Counted from the whole stretch's first letter, positions 1-13,558 are shown. The stretch: 54,150 nt of DNA, filler included, from Sluysia triapertura (GCA_046118255.1; 4 parts of 4 records of this genome joined end to end with filler, not necessarily neighbours in it); one strand, 5' to 3'. Made by a program: numbers and translations. The notes: generated by a model not told the origin, from the sequence alone.

Positions 1-2688
1 GGTCCTTGGAACTCCAAGGTATTCTTTAACTTTTAACATTATTATAGATGTTTTTACTTTCATGATTCTTATTCCAACAATGTTTATAATACTTTATCTA
101 TCACTTCTCATCAATGCTTCCTTCATTTATAATTCTGTCTTTTACTCGTCTCCTAATCCAAAGTTGTTCAATCCCAACATATCTCATTCCCGACAAAAAT
201 GTCTGACCCCAGACATCAAAATTATGAAATAACCAGTAAAGAATAAATCCACACTATAAGGAACAAACCCAAAATATAGTATAATATACAAACATTGCCA
301 AATAACCTAAAAACCACTATAATTCCAAGGAATGTGTTTCGAATTTAGTGTAATGGTTTGAATCATGTTTAAAAGAAAATACCTGTTACTGAATAATGCA
401 TAGTCAAATTAGGTATATGTAAAGCATGGATTTCCTCAGGAATAAATACGCAATTCAAAATTTCCAAAAAATTAATTTAAAAATTCATAATTCAAAAAAA
501 ATTATAAAATTCAAAATTCTATTGATTAATTATAAAAATTCGCAAAATTAATTATAAACATTACTTATAAAAATTAAATTTATTCCTTGTTTCAATTCAA
601 TATATTAATTTTTAAATTCAGGTAATTCAAATATTTTTAAAAATAATTCACCGTGTGCGCCTTAGGAAAAGATCACATACAAAAGTCGGTGCATGGACTG
701 TTAAAAGCACAGGAAAATTTTCTGTGCATCGGTTCGTGCACACACTTATTGATTTATTTTTTCCACTTTATTTTTGATACTACACTTTGGAGGAAAATTT
801 CATTTTGGAAACAAAATTTAATAAAGTAATTTTATGTTTCATTTAGGAGTTTAAATATTATTTTAATATGAAGTCTACGAGTCATTAAAAAAATTATATT
901 TTATGATGGAGTGCACGCCCAAAGTATCGATAAAATTAAAATTAATTAGTAATTTAAGAATTTACTTTTATATTATTTACTTTCAGAATGATGAAGAAAT
1001 AATATATAATCCGAAAGATAATGTAATTTGCCTTAAAATCTAAAATTTCATCCATGTGGAGCAGAACTTATCTTATTCTTCAATGGATTCTGAAATTATT
1101 ATGTGAAATTTGGAATTATTATTTGCAATTCATAAAGGTGTAATAAATATTATGGATTTTCGTGGATCTGGAAGTTATGTGGCAATTGGATCTCAGAAAA
1201 TCTGAATTGGAGCACAGAAAACTTGGAATTAGTTACGTATAATTTAGTAAGATAAATGAAGTTAGTTTTTATATAATTTCACATACCGAATATAATTTAT
1301 AAATAGAAAAATAAATTTGTAATTTCTAATAGTCTCTTTATGTTAATTATTTTCTTTTTTTAAAAAAATCGACACGTTTTGTAAGGTAATAATAATAATA
1401 GTGATAATAATATTAATAATGATAATAGTGATAATATTATGATAATAGTAATAAAATTAATAATATTTGTAATAATAATATTACTAATGATAATAATAGT
1501 GATAATATTATTTTGGTTGGTAAAAATATTTATTTAGGATTAAAAATTTATGAATTTTGTATAAAGAAATTTTATAATAATTAATTGATATTAAAAATAT
1601 TTCTTTTAAAGTATTATGAAACATGTTGACACATTTTAAATGAATTATAAAACAATCAAAAATCCAAAAACTAAAAGGTATACATTTATTAATTGACTTG
1701 GAGACATTTGAATGTTTAAAATGACTTAATGACTTAGTCGTGCTTATTAAGCGAACTGACCTCTAAACATTTTGCTAGGATAAATTAAATCTTTCGTAGA
1801 AAATTCCAACAAATGATAAAGTTTGCAGCGAAGTTTTAACTTGTTTATATTTGTATTTTGTGGGAGTGTAGGGTATAAATTTAAATTATGAGAAAGACCA
1901 CTACACACCTTATTTGTTAATATTCATGTTTATGTTTTAGCAGTGCCTGTGATATTATGTGTGGCGGATTATTGCCTTCTCAATTTATGTAAATTTTCTA
2001 ATTTATTATTTCCATATTGTTGTTTTGGGTTTAAGATCTTTATCAACTTTTGAAAATATTTTCTGGTATTTTTCATTACTCCTGGACTTTTCGATAATGT
2101 AAAATAAGTGTAGTACAATTGTCGTTACATTTTATTTAAATTTTCTATTATAATTTTATTTTAAAACCATTTAAAATGTTTATTGAAATAGTTAATTAAA
2201 TGCAAATTAAAAAGTTTTGTGTTAATACAGTCAATTTCACTTATATATCACTTAATTATTTCTATAATAATAGTTTAGTCATATTACAATTTATTCTTCT
2301 ATGCACATTCATTTAGTTTGTGTTTACTAGTATTCTCTTGATCATTAACATTTTAATAAAATCGTATGTTTTTTCGTTCTTACAAAGTTTCCGTTTAATC
2401 CTTAACCTTCTCTATCTGCTAATTAATTGTGTTAAATTACATTCCACATTTCTGAAATTCTATTATTTACTTTTGTTTACTTCTTAAATTAAGTGAATTT
2501 CTTTCTGAATTTCATAATTTTTGAAATTATTGAGATTATCACATTATTATTGAATAGAATTGAATTAATAATTCATATTAAAGTTTTCTTTCAGTTACTT
2601 ACTGATTTCAAGTTTCTTTTGAAATTTTATTTTAATATTTTTAAGACGTTTTTGAAAATTATAATTTAATTTTCACTATTATTAATAT

Positions 2689-2725
<37 letters not shown>

Positions 2726-2934
2726 CGTTCATTTTCAACATACATTTAAATAATTGCACAAAGTAATTTAAATTATAGAAAAATATTCATTAAAGTGTCG
2801 CGAAAGTAATATCAAATTACTCTGACAATTCAGATCAGAAACAGGCATAATTGTCAGTTTGTGTAGAAAATATTCGATTAATTTATCATGATTTTACAAA
2901 CTCTAATTTTCTAGTTTATTTGAAGTAAACAAAC

Positions 2935-3035
2935 TTTCTCTCATAGCACCACGTCCAGCCAATTGAAAAGCCCAATCACTACTATCAACACAATGTTCTT
3001 CTCCTTCCAATAAAATTATCCGAATACCAGATATT
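2935..3035 (-). CDS. GFM1: Mitochondrial elongation factor G, internal exon (end of domain IV)
   Basis: AG/GT-flanked exon (R)ISGIRIILLEGEEHCVDSSDWAFQLAGRGAMRE matches the EF-G 'G.xHxVDSSexAF..A' motif; phase-2 junction is compatible with the 3518-3724 exon. Not in the ORF track. Confidence 0.9.
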
Positions 3036-3111
3036 CTGAAAAATAGAATCTCTATTAATTATAAGTAATTAATTTTACATTAATATTTGCATAAAAAATA
3101 TTAAGAATGTT

Positions 3112-3230
3112 CCATATATGCGACATATAAGTTCTTGCTTTTGAGCTCGGCGTAGAAAATGTGTGGCGTGTCCACCTTATCAGTTTTCGATAAGGTATTG
3201 TACTATTTTAAAAATCCAATGCCATTTAAA
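3112..3230. repeat. Dispersed repeat, copy 1 (inverted relative to 20567-20695)
   Basis: Reverse complement GAAAACTGATAAGGTGGACACGCCACACATTTTCTACGCCGAGCTCAAAAGCAAGAACT aligns to GAAAACTGATAATGTAGACACGCTACACATTTTCTTCGCCGAGCTCAAGAACAAGAACT at ~20619. Confidence 0.85.
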
Positions 3231-3517
3231 TTAATTTCATAAGAAAAATTTCCATGGCTGTTGTAGCGAAAGTTTTAATACATAATATTCACGCAATAAA
3301 ACAGATTTTTATAAAAGCTTCAATTTATAATACTGATTAGTACTTTTTTAGGTCATCCAGCACTAAAATCTCCTGTAAAGAATTCTAAATCACCATCAAC
3401 TATGCATTGTCTATTAGTTTTTATAGAACATAAGAAATTTACTTTAAGATGTTTCTATTCATTTAAATTTTTTAATATCTCTCAAGTATATAAACAATAT
3501 TGAAAAATTAAACAAAC

Positions 3518-3724
3518 CTTTGCCCAGCCAAATTACCCTTTTCTAACGAATGGCGAAATCCTTTTTCCACAGATGGTACATAAATTTTTGATAAACTCAT
3601 ACCAGTGGTTTTGTCAACAAATTCCACAGCAGTATACTTTTCTGGAGGTAAAGGTTCAACTACTCCAATAATCTTACCGTATTGACCAGCACCACCTGAT
3701 TGCTTTTTGTGCAAATAATTAAAT
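3518..3724 (-). CDS. GFM1: Mitochondrial elongation factor G, internal exon (domain IV)
   Basis: FNYLHKKQSGGAGQYGKIIGVVEP...GNLAGQ carries the HKKQSGGAGQYG EF-G signature; acceptor AG 3726-3725, donor GT 3517-3516. Confidence 0.95.
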
Positions 3725-4049
3725 CTAATATTAACAAATTCTAAATTAAATCACTTATTGACAATAATTTGTAAAATATTATATTTTATGAAATAACTAT
3801 GTACATAACATTTCTTAAGGTTAGATAAGAAAAATCTTTTAAAAATGGATTTTATTTAGAGTTTTACACATTGTCTGCTAAACACCTAGTAAACTTCAAT
3901 CTCAGGTGTGAATTACCCCTACTATGTTGCGTGTAATGCTTTAAAACAACTTTTAGTAATGATATTGTATTTATTACAAAGCATACCTTGACATATTAAA
4001 ATTTCAGATTGACAATGGAGTCATCGGAGTTTTACCACTATCAAGATAC

Positions 4050-4441
4050 GACCTGCACACTCAATGACAAGGGCTCAAGAAACTCATTAATCGAAAGTCA
4101 GATAAAATTTAGCATCAGCAATAATTCAAAAAAGCCTTAACAACCTGTTTGACATTGCACATAATAATGCCATGGATCTGCTAAATATTGAGGAAGATCG
4201 TTTGTTTCTGGAAGCACAAAGAGAATAAAGTCGTCAAGGTTCCATGGCAGGGGTAAATACAAATCAAACAAAGAAGAAATCACGTCTGATGAAGAGAAAG
4301 TTCGCTGAAACCAGAAGAGTAGCGAAAGCACAAGCATCTTTGGTTGCTTCTACTAGTGCTGTTGAAGAAACTTCATCTTCGTCAGAGAGCGAAGACTATG
4401 AAGATTCAAAAACTAGAGAGCCACTTCAAAAAACTGATTGA
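4050..4441 (+). mobile_element. Degenerate DNA transposase N-terminal fragment (hATm-like) in GFM1 intron
   Basis: LNNLFDIAHNNAMDLLNIEEDRLFLEAQRE*SRQGSMAGVN resembles the recalled 'LFDIAHxxA...EEDxxFLxxQRxxGRxGxMAGVD' segment of invertebrate hATm-type transposases; in-frame stops. Confidence 0.65.
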
Positions 4442-5149
4442 CGTTTGAAGAGGACAAATCAGTTTAGTCTACAGCAGACTTCTCGTAAAATGTGAGGAAC
4501 ATCATATAGCCAGAGAATATGGCAACGTTTGTTTGTTACGCAAGTTCTTTTTGTCCTAAAAAGAATGAAATAATAAAAATCGGGCATTTAATACTACTTA
4601 ACTGTTCTATTGTAAGTATATTTATACCTTTTCTTTCAACGTTTTACGGTTTTACAAATAAAATTTTAAATTTTGTTTAGTTAAACTTGTTATTTTTTAA
4701 AGGCCTTAAGTCTAGTTTGATAATTAAAAAATTTGTAATATTTTTAATGTTAAATTTTAGTCGTTTGTTGTTAAAGAAAATATTAATCTTCGTTAAAATA
4801 AAAATAAACAAAAATAATTTGTTAACCTTAAAATATAAAATGCCCTCTCCACAATAGTGCATGTAATTAACAGTAAACTTAGACTCAGAATGGTCTGATT
4901 AATTAAGATATATACAATTAAACATTAACAGAAAAATGAATTTGGCGCTTCTGAAAGTGGATAAGTTCTAAAAGAATCCACACATGATATTACTTAGAAG
5001 ATCCAGAAATGCAGCAATAGGATTAGCGGAGAACAATAGCTTTACACAAATAATAGTTGCTTATAAAAGTTTTCCTTCTTATGATCCAGATAATTAGTAA
5101 TTTTTCTTTAACTTATTTTGTTTAGTTGCAAATACCAAAATCTGTCGTC

Positions 5150-5910
5150 TTGAAAAAAACTCTTGAATAGAGGTATAGATTAAGACAGTTCCAAAACCAA
5201 GAATATATAAATGTTAAAAACATTTAACATTACGCTGATGAATTACCATATTTCTATTTAGTTCAAGATAATGCATCAATACCTGTTTCTTTGATTGTTT
5301 GGCTTATTTGTTCGTTTTTAATCTGGATATTGTGAAAAAACTGGGTTCCCATTTCATAGACCATAAATATGAAGTCTTCAAGACCTTTGCTTCATACACT
5401 CCTCGGGCATACAAAATCGCCAAAAAAGCTTGTAAGTGTATCGACCAAAACTTTACTTAATCATACAATCATCAATTCAAAAAGTGCTCCTTACATTCCC
5501 AAGCATATTTCTTTTTGTATACGTAGTTGGTCTTGACACATCTTTGAATATAGTATAAACTTGTTCAACTTCCACCTTCCACTAGTGTTTTCCACAAAGT
5601 TCCAACAACAGAAAGATCTATCGAACTTTTTTCATTATTAAAAGTATCAGTATTCGCTCTCAGTATCTGAAATAATACACTTTCTTTTTCTTTCTCGACA
5701 GATACTGTGATTATTCTAATTCATACTTTCGTCAGAATCTTCAATTTCGTTGATTCTTCCTCGTTTTCGAATAGTTCGTTTACATCAGAATCAGATCCAG
5801 ATTTGTCTTCATTTATGCTCATTATTCTATTTATCAATTCCACATCTTTTTGAGATTTATCCATAATACCATTAGCTAAAAAGACAATGCAATTTTGCTT
5901 TGACAATTCT
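5150..5910 (-). mobile_element. piggyBac (PGBD4-like) transposase relic, N-terminal part
   Basis: Minus-strand fragments: acidic SDSDVNELFENEEES, then IFKDVSRPTTYTKRNM and LQAFLAILYARGVYEAK..SYLWSMKW; stops and frameshifts present. Confidence 0.8.
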
Positions 5911-6186
5911 ATAGATCACGTAGAGTGTTAAGAGAATTTAATCGGGAAATCTCTTATGTTTTCGTAGAATTGATTTACAACCTAATATTTCCTAGTAGGC
6001 CATTTTATATAAATCAAACTGGTTTTGATCAAAATAATCATTACTTTGAAATTGAGAATGCACCAACAATGTTGCGCAAATCACGATTTAGTATGAATTT
6101 AGAAAATGAACCAATATTCATGCACAAAAAATACAATATTTATTGATATTATAAAACAGAAAAAAATTCCAAATTTAAAAACTTAC

Positions 6187-6464
6187 TGATACGGTTCAAC
6201 TAATGTTTCTCTGAATGCTACTTTAGGTTTTCCTAATTCTATTTTAGCATTGTATTCGTTTATAATACGTTGAGCATATATTTCCAAATGTAATTCACCC
6301 ATACCATGTAAAATCGTTTCTTTACTTTCTTCATCGTATGTCATTTTAAAAGTTGGATCTTCTTTTACAAATCGACGCATTCCTTTCATAAAATTTTCAG
6401 CATGTCGATTATCCAATAAATTAGCTGCCATAGATACAACTGGTTCTGGAATGAACATGGATTC
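6187..6464 (-). CDS. GFM1: Mitochondrial elongation factor G, internal exon (domain III)
   Basis: ESMFIPEPVVSMA...EDPTF...GMGELHLEIYAQR...GKPKVAFRET; acceptor AG 6466-6465, donor GTAAGT at 6186; phase-compatible with the next exon. Confidence 0.95.
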
Positions 6465-9400
6465 CTACAATAAAATAAATGATTTTATTACTTTTCAAAT
6501 TTCTTAATTAAAACTTATCTTTATATGGTAGCATAAAATTAACAAGTTGACTATTTTTAAAGATTTTCTAGCAGATAAATCGTGTGTTATAAATACTTAT
6601 TAATATTTAGACTCAAATATTATAAAATAAATTTTACAAGTTACTCAAAATTAATCTTTTTTGGATCTTGGTTCCAAATAGAGATAGAAGTACAAAGTTT
6701 GTATAAATCTACGATTAGAGTTCCAAAATACATATTTACAAATTCATGTAAACATCAGAACTTATTCATAATTCTGTCAAAACACCTTGTAACAGGTAAG
6801 ATATAAATGTTCTAATGGCAAATCAAAATCACATAAAAGCCACGCATAAAAAACTTAGAAAAACAAACGTTATACGAAATATTTATGCTAAAATAATGCT
6901 ATAAAAATTGTTAAACCGTTGGGATGATAGTTCTATAGACATTACATCAATAGACTTTTGCGGACTTGAATTACATGATGTTGAAAATGAAATATACTTA
7001 ACCCAATTCACTATTAGATGTGAGGGACGGGAAAATATTTAAGAAAATATAAGTTCCTCACAAAACAAATCTATTTAGTGACTGCACAAATGTTACATAA
7101 AGTAACAGTAAAATTTCATAAAAACCGGAAACACCCCAATAAAATAGATACATAAAACAATGTAAAAAGATAGCGGATCTATTAAGCATTATTCACAATC
7201 TAAATTCTGTATAACTGAATGTGAACAGTTTGATAAAAGCGAGCATTCAAAAAAATATTGTTACAATGAATCTTCATAAAAGGATTTCTATGCAGTCATT
7301 CCATCAGATTGACTTACTAAGAGAGCCACAGAAACAATTATCTAACATATACAAATTTTAATAAACTTTTATCGGTGGTTTTTTATATTGAATTCCCTTC
7401 ACTGTAATGGCTTGGAAAATTTAAATCTTACAGAATATATTTCTAGTGTGCAAATTCATCTACTTTAGAGAAGTCAAATGTTTAAGATTGGATGGTGCAT
7501 TAAGAGTGAATGAATCGAGTGGCAATTGTCGAATTTGATGGGCTACATGTGCATATCATGTATATGGCATATGATTTTCAAGATACTTCATATTCATGGT
7601 ATTATTGTCAGAAGTCTTAGTTCTGCATTGTAAGACAGAAGACCTTATAAGCCTTATTAAAACAATACTATTATTATAAAAAATGCTTAATTTTTCTGTT
7701 TCATCTTATATCGTAATTATTGTGAAATAATAAATTATGATATTAATATCTCTCCGTATTTTATTTTTTGACCTAATAGCTATCATTTTATTTGAAACAA
7801 TATTAGATAATTGCCTCCGGCTCAGATTTATTTCAACTTGAATACCAAGTATTAGATACATAACTTTATTAAGATTTGCTTTTGTATCGTTCACAATTTT
7901 TATCAATTTTAGTTACGCTTTGTGAGCTTATCATTTTATTATTTAGATTAATAGAAATTCGGCTTGCCCTGAAGTCAGAATCGAGTAAATACAAAGCATT
8001 TATAATCACAAAAATATAGATATATAAAACACTTGCAAAAGTGACTGAAAAAGGAATCACGAGAATTGTCAGAAAATGTTGGTGAACATTGTCATACTTT
8101 GTATACTTGAATTGCCAAATAAACTCTTAATATTCAAATATGCTTTCAACATTTCTTCATTAAATAACGTATGTTCCATAGATTGAGGACATCTTTTAAT
8201 GTATCTAGTGCCATTCTTTGTTTATCATATATTGATTCTTATCATACATCTGTTGTCTTAAAGCGTCTCTTACGCATTTCTTATAAATTCCACAATGACT
8301 TATTGAATCTGAATTATCTATTGTATTACACACTTTCATGAGTAACAATAACTCTGTCTGCTGTACATTTAAATCTAGAAATGTTAATTCCGAATGCACA
8401 GAATTAATGAGTTAGGCTCCACGAAACCCATAACAATTCCAGAGCAATCACCAAACCTTTCATTTGCAGCATCACTTAGAGTAGCTCCTACAAGATCTGT
8501 ACCAGGTTCAAAACGGATAAGTCGCTCCATAAATTGATAATATTGTTGCCAATTTCTTAGTGGATATACTCGTTTTTATCAACTTGTTTAATTTGTTCTA
8601 CATTCGACTCTAGATTACAATGAGCAAATGAATCATCATCATCATCATCAAATTTAGCAATCAATCTACATATAATTGTTAAAAATATTACAGAATAATG
8701 AATAAATACATTAATCTCATAATTTTTTTAACATATTACATAATTTCGTGTCAAACTAAGATCAAATGATACATATGCAAGGAAATAAAAATAAACTAAA
8801 ATCAACTGAATACAGATTTTAAAATGTTGAATGTATCAATGTTTCGAAAAGATATTTAGTGTATTAAATGCCGAGATGATCGTTGAACATGGTCAAGTCA
8901 TAACAAATAATGCTTACTTTTTGATATCAAGTTATAAATGTACAAAGCATTTCAACTGTCATGCTACAATTATGTAACCTTCTGTAAAGAAAGTAAATAG
9001 TCAAATTATGATTATTATACACTAAAGTTCATAAATCCAATGATGTTTTATTTTTTAATCAACAATTTAAATTTAAATTAAATGTATGTTTTATAATAAT
9101 AAAAGTAATTATAAAGTATATATTCACAAGGTACATATTAAATAGAATTACAATGTACTATAAAACTCGTCAACTTAATACTGTTCTAACTTTTACTAAT
9201 ATAGAATGTTGTTTAAAAAGACTTTTCTCATATACTTGCGGATAGATATCTCACGGATGGTATACTTTTACGTGATAAGTGTTTTGAAGAAGTGGTGTTA
9301 CAGGTGTGGTGTCACGCTACAATATATAACATACGTCTCATCCACTATCACCATCAATCACATAAACCTCACTACAAACAAAAATCACAAACGCGTAATA

Positions 9401-9526
9401 AAATCTTTTATAAAATCTTTTTATTAAAATCCTTTTATTAACATTTTCTTATACGTAACGCCTGTTGCCAACTCATCATCACTATAACACTACCTTTTTT
9501 ATTACATTTATCATTGTAATTTTTAA

Positions 9527-10639
9527 AACTTTGATAAATTTATCGAAGACAATCCTATAGTTTTAGTTGAATTTTATGCTCCTTGGTGTGCACATTGCGA
9601 GGCTTTTGCTCCAATTTATTCTGAAATTTCTAAATCACTGAAGGAATATTCCATTGAAGTTGCAAAAGTTGATTCTTCTGTCGAGACGGAAGTATCTGCT
9701 AAGTATGAAATCCAAGGATATCCTACATTAAAGTTTTTCAAAAACGGTGACGTATACGATTATGAAGGCAATCGTGATAAAGACGCTACAGTAAAATTCA
9801 TGCTTGATGTTAATAAACCAGATTGGAAACCACCAAGTAAAAGAAGTTTTGACTTTAACAAAAGATAATTTTACACAACATATTGAAAGCAACGATTATA
9901 CTTTGGTCGAATTTTTTTGCACCTTGGTGCGGTCATTGTAAAAGTCTTGCACCGAATACGAAAGAGCTGCTAAAATTTTGTCAACAAATGATCCGCCAAT
10001 ATTATTGGCAGCTGTAGATGCTACAGCACAAACTGAACTTGCACAGCGTTATAAAGTTACCGGTTATCCGACATTATTTTTATTTCGCAAGCAAGACCTT
10101 CTCCTTATAACGGACCTAGAGATGCATCCGGCATTGAATCATGGTTGTTAGAAAACAAAAAAATTGCTGCTATTGAAGTGAATCCCTTAAAAGATTTGAA
10201 AAATTATGTGAATCCTAACGAAGCTACAATTTTGGGTTTATTTTCGGATAAGAATTCGGCATTATTTTCATTGTTTACAGATGCAACAAATTTATTGCGA
10301 GATAATTTTAAACCCATGTGTTCTACACAGCAAGTAATTCATTTGCATTATAACTTGAAGACAAGACATCCAGATGGTTCTCTACTGATATTATCGCCAG
10401 AACATCAAACCACGAAATATGAAAATCAATTTGTAGAATATGATAAGATCGAATCAGTATCAGTAGAATCACTAATATCATTTATTGAAAGTAACATGTT
10501 TCCATTAGTCGATGAATTTAATGAGAAGACAAATCAGTTTTGTAACAGATTTATTAATGCAGATTGCCTGTGTTTATTTTTCTTTAGTGTTGATTTCTCT
10601 TTTGATTATCGAGCAAATACCCAATTATGGATTAAATAA
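9527..10639 (+). pseudogene. PDIA4: Protein disulfide isomerase A4 (ERp72)-like, intronless, truncated at both ends, four frameshifts
   Basis: Two tandem thioredoxin domains (VLVEFYAPWCAHC...GYPTLKFF; [22 protein letters not shown]...GYPTL) joined by PDWKPP, followed by b-domains ending FFSVDFSFDYRANTQLW. Indels at ~9840, ~9915, ~9953 and ~10091; no signal peptide, third active site or KDEL-type tail. Confidence 0.85.
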
Positions 10640-10659
10640 ATAGTTAAGAATACTCGTAG

Positions 10660-10835
10660 ATGTTATTATTATTATTATTATTACATTATTATTATTTTAT
10701 TAATATTATTATTTTATCACTATTTTATTTTTATTATTATTATTATTTTATTATTAATTTTATTAATTTATTATTATTACCATTATTACTATTTTTACTA
10801 TTATTATTTTATTTTTATTATTTCTGTATTATTTT
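10660..10835. repeat. (ATT)n-rich low-complexity tract
   Basis: Degenerate TTA/ATT repeats directly after the PDIA4 truncation point. Confidence 0.8.
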
Positions 10836-10934
10836 ATTTTTGTTTAAAAACGACAAAAATATTAGCACAATTAAAAATTTAAATTAGGTAAAAAAATTAA
10901 TGTCAAATCAAGTTTAGAGAAAATTTCAAATAAA

Positions 10935-11315
10935 ATGCTAGATAATAATTCGGACAACAAAATGATTACTTCGACAAATGATGGCGAAACTAATACGAAT
11001 ATGGACGATAGTTTAAGCAGATTAAGTGATGATACGATTAGTAATTCGGATGAACCTTGCAGCTTTAATTTAGTAGATGCGGAGAGCGACAGTGGAGATT
11101 GGCATCGACAAGCTCTATACAGTCTTTCGGTTGTGTTTAGTCATGATGTGACAAATGCCGGTCGAAGCTACAGAATTGGCAATATAAAGATAGAACATTT
11201 TTCAAGTAGTTTGTCACCTCCAAAAGATCTTTTGAAATTAGATTTACCATGCTTTGCTGACGGCTACGTCGTACAAAAAGTGGGTGAGGCTGTTCGAGAC
11301 AATTGCCAGATCTGA
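10935..11315 (+). CDS. Hypothetical 126-aa protein, single exon
   Basis: ATG-initiated open frame with higher GC than flanks; acidic S/D/N-rich N-terminus and a more ordered C-terminus; no family recognised. Confidence 0.4.
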   Translation: MLDNNSDNKMITSTNDGETNTNMDDSLSRLSDDTISNSDEPCSFNLVDAESDSGDWHRQALYSLSVVFSHDVTNAGRSYRIGNIKIEHFSSSLSPPKDLLKLDLPCFADGYVVQKVGEAVRDNCQI

Positions 11316-12399
11316 TTGACTTTTTGCACGATACCGATTTTAAATTTCGTAATAACACAAATTATAAATAGCAACGAAATTAATGTATAGCGAAAATCAA
11401 AAATTAATATATATACAATCAGTTAATACACAAACACAGTTACACAAAATGTTATTTATTTTAAAATAAATTTTCAACTAACAATTATTACGACACTATG
11501 ATTCAAAGAATTTTATTAGTAATATTGAATTATGAATTATGAATCCGGTAAGTGCAGTAAAACATAAACGAAATTAATTAAAATAAAAAATTTGTTTCTT
11601 TTTCAACCGATTTGAATCCATAATAAATGTAGCCCTTCTATCTCTGTCAAGCAAGACGCGAGTCAAAAATACTCACGATAATGTATCATCCTTGTATTAT
11701 TTGAGAATAAATGTAATGTTTAGAATATTGATTTTATAAATTAAAATCAAATGTGTAAAGATAATTAAAACATTAAAAGTTATAACAAATTTTAAGTAAA
11801 GCACTCACAATTTCTACGGTTGTGAGTCAATTTCACTCATGAAATGGTTTACAATTTTAATAACTTTAAACATGTGAAATTTGTGGCTTTCATAAAAAAA
11901 TTATCAGATGATACGTAACATTAATGTTTAATCTTGCCAATTTATTAGTTAGCCGAGCCTTTTCTACCCACTTATTTTATCATTCTGTGGCGAACAAAGG
12001 ATTTCTAATAAAATAATATAATTTTATAAAATCAAGTTTTTATCACAAAATTTTGTCCATCAAAATAATTTCGATATTTATTTTTAAAAGGCATTTCAAT
12101 TGATAATTATTTTACATCTAATCATCTAGGGTTGTTATTGTAGAAAATATCACAAATATTTTCTTTTCCTGAAAAAAAGTATCATAAAATAATAACAAAA
12201 TTGAAGTAGAAAAGGACGCCAATTGAATTGAGTTTTCGAGCAAGAAAGATGAAAATTTCCTACGAAAAAATCCAGATTTATTTCTAATTTTGAAATCAAA
12301 AATGAATTAGACGCTTTTGTTATATCTTCTAATAGGACTTTATGGTAAACAATGGAAGGATGAGACATAAGTAAATTACCAGGTCATTCTATATTCAGG

Positions 12400-13558
12400 T
12401 CCAACTTTTTTAAAAGGCATATTATGCTTGGTTGAGTAAATAGCGTTTTCAAACTGATAGTAAACGAAAGTATAATGGAATATCAAAAGTATTACCGAAT
12501 TTGAAACTCTCAATAATGGGCCTTATGCTAGAGGAGCACATTAGCAAAACAAATTAAAATGATCATATGTGTTGCTTACGACGTGGGATCCGGGTTTTTT
12601 CCCTTTTAGGATATAACTTTTGATAAAAAATGAACGCAATGAAGGACCGAAAGAGGACAAATTTGCCTTGATTTCAAAAATGAGATAAATTTAATAATAA
12701 CCAGACGCGTTAAACGTGACCTAAACATAACTAACAATAAGAAAATATTCCCAAATAAAGTTAGATGCCAATTTACACAATAAATTTGGCTGGGATACGA
12801 TGGTGGAAGCAAGCTTCTCGTAAATGGTTTTCCGTAATTGAACAAGGACGAAACCCGATGATTTTGAACATTCCCTTAAGCGTTTTTGTAGTGATTACTA
12901 AGTATCACTAGAGGCAAAGAAAACTATTTGGGTTGACACTATAGGTACAAAATGAAAAGAAATATCTAAAACTGCAAAATCTAAGAAATATAAAATGATA
13001 CGGTTTTCTAAACTTTATAAATGAGAATTGTACTCTGAAAATTTATAAAAGCAAGCCCAATAAAAACTTCTACTACTAAGCTCAAAACAAAAAAATGGAA
13101 TAAATGGAAGAAAATGAAAAACTTATTCTTGAAAGAGTAATATTTTATCATAGTACCAAATACAATGTAGATGTACTTGACCAAATGGCCTGGAAATATA
13201 ATGTTAAAGTAGACTCTCGAAGATGGCCTCTGCATGTTTTCTGTATCATCCTAGATTTGGCAGCTATCAATGTATGGATTCTAGAAGCATTTCATTTTTC
13301 AATTGGTTGGAGCTAAGAGAACTAGATAATTTATACTACGGACTTGTGGAAGAATTGTCAAGTTTTAGCAATATGCAGTTGAAATAGATGAGTCTTTGTG
13401 TTAGATGTAATAAAAATCTTTGTCGAAAATGTTTGTGTTATAAATGTTTTCACTGCGATCTTTCAGTTAAATTGATTTGGAACCATTTTTCGCAAAAATC
13501 TTAATTTTCTTGTAGAGGTCAAATTGGCTCACTTCAATAAAAGTATGTATATAATTAA
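12400..13558 (+). mobile_element. Degenerate piggyBac element with probable right terminus
   Basis: Fragments EDKFALIS, NIT....IFPNKVRCQFTQ, NGFP, and YHSTKYNVDVLDQMAWKYNVKVDSRRWPLHVFCIILDLAAINVWIL; Cys-rich tail; ends GGTCAAATTGGCTCACTTC...AGTATGTATATAATTAA with a TTAA. Left boundary approximate. Confidence 0.85.

Noticed and set aside
1-220. Integrase zinc-binding fragment on the minus strand (EYLGVPRT)
   Set aside because: Too short, broken and at the window edge to support.
7400-8650. Coding-like minus-strand debris, considered as missing GFM1/ASH2L exons or a hAT transposase
   Set aside because: No matching motifs in any frame I translated; unidentifiable decayed sequence.
10660-10887. 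Hydrophobic 'membrane protein' ORFs here and at 26161-26361, 34896-35126 and 42425-42616
   Set aside because: Translations of ATT/AAT low-complexity DNA or antisense shadows.
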